Source of the DNA: Flammeovirgaceae bacterium
Lineage (GTDB): Bacteria; Bacteroidota; Bacteroidia; Cytophagales; Cyclobacteriaceae
Length of the DNA: 64,000 nt
Direction: 5' to 3'
Assembly: GCA_038129245.1 (NCBI GenBank)
Contig: JAYPLE010000010.1
Coordinates: forward strand, 1,521-65,520
The notes beneath the pieces were generated by a model. It worked only from the letters and a program-made list of their open reading frames with translations, ran no database searches and was not told where the DNA came from. How positions within the stretch are numbered: position 1 is the stretch's first letter; each line of letters opens with the position of its first letter. Made by a program: the position numbers and the translations under genes. Positions 63,687 through 64,000 of the stretch are shown one piece after another.

Positions 63687-64000
63687 TGCTTTTTTTGATT
63701 TTGAAATCTAAAGAATACCCAAAGTGTATAAATTCCCAGTGTTGTTCCTAAAGGAAAATTGAGCAATCGAAGGCACCCGGATACCAGCAGCAAATATATG
63801 CCCCAGCTTCGGTTTTGAAGGAATCCAAAAGCTCCAATAAGAGAGGGAAGTATGATGCCAAAAAGCATGAGATAACCAATAAACGATAGTATTTGAAATC
63901 CCCAGTCAACAAACAGCTCTGCTATGGGTTCCAGATTTGCAACTGCTTCATTTAGGAAGGGAAACAGCAGACCGAAAAATAACCTAAAGATTAAGAGAAT
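63683..64000 (-). CDS. membrane protein, 5' end beyond window
   Basis: ORF-track ORF 63683..63868 stays open in frame to base 64000 (..ILLIFRLFFGLLFPFLNEAVANLEPIAELFVDWGFQILSFIGYL-MLFGII..), so the gene probably starts outside the window. Hydrophobic. 4-nt overlap with the SDR gene start. Confidence 0.5.
   Translation of the reverse strand: MLLIFRLFFGLLFPFLNEAVANLEPIAELFVDWGFQILSFIGYLMLFGIILPSLIGAFGFLQNRSWGIYLLLVSGCLRLLNFPLGTTLGIYTLWVFFRFQNQKKQ

Noticed and set aside
1-64000. Search for CRISPR arrays, tRNA/rRNA genes, transposases, integrases, reverse transcriptases and phage genes.
   Set aside because: I saw no regularly spaced direct repeats and no T-loop/acceptor-type patterns in any intergenic region of 30 nt or more. 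I saw no DDE or tyrosine-recombinase-like ORF. This was a by-eye inspection only. tRNAscan-SE, Infernal and ISfinder searches would be decisive.

Overview
This 64-kb chromosomal window reads as a Bacteroidota genome, probably Cytophagia/Flavobacteriia-like. The clues are a type IX secretion (T9SS) C-terminal sorting domain on a giant S8 protease, an acpP-fabF-rnc block, an IPExxxVDY-pyk pair and TAnnTTTG -7 boxes. By my calls about 94% is coding, with about 58 protein genes. I saw no rRNA, tRNA, CRISPR array, transposase or integrase by eye.

Content falls into four groups:
- Housekeeping genes: yidD, nadE, rnc, fabF, acpP, pyk, miaA, pfkA, folK, sppA, bioB, a separate bioF-bioD-bioA, cinA and an orphan 2-oxoacid dehydrogenase E2.
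- A cytoplasmic PAS/GAF hybrid-kinase operon.
- Many outer-membrane and secreted proteins.
- One clear accessory island at 28.9-40.1 kb, with nine translationally coupled minus-strand glycan genes plus a divergent DegT aminotransferase.

Best candidates for something undescribed:
1. The glycan island. It combines a NeuB-type nonulosonate synthase, two cytidylyltransferase-like modules, a Cst-II/DUF115-like putative transferase and a CsbB-YfhO-type GT2 + GT-C pair with a flippase. It has no polymerase, export or initiating genes and no early-pathway dehydratase.
2. A ComEA-like helix-hairpin-helix domain fused to a large outer-membrane barrel, overlapping a PorV/PorQ-like barrel gene (9.4-12.2 kb).
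3. An LpxR-like gene overlapping a 973-aa HExxH + propeller + Omp85-like barrel protein (45.0-48.8 kb).
4. A five-gene overlapping operon of hybrid kinase, response regulator, 92-aa protein, PhnP-like MBL hydrolase and NFACT protein (20.7-26.8 kb).

Smaller items are an orphan plus-strand terminator with mutually exclusive hairpins (8.15-8.35 kb), two protein-like reading frames interrupted by in-frame TAG codons (6.9 kb and 52.1 kb), and several ORF-track starts that I moved downstream.

All family assignments come from motif recognition by eye, not from database searches.
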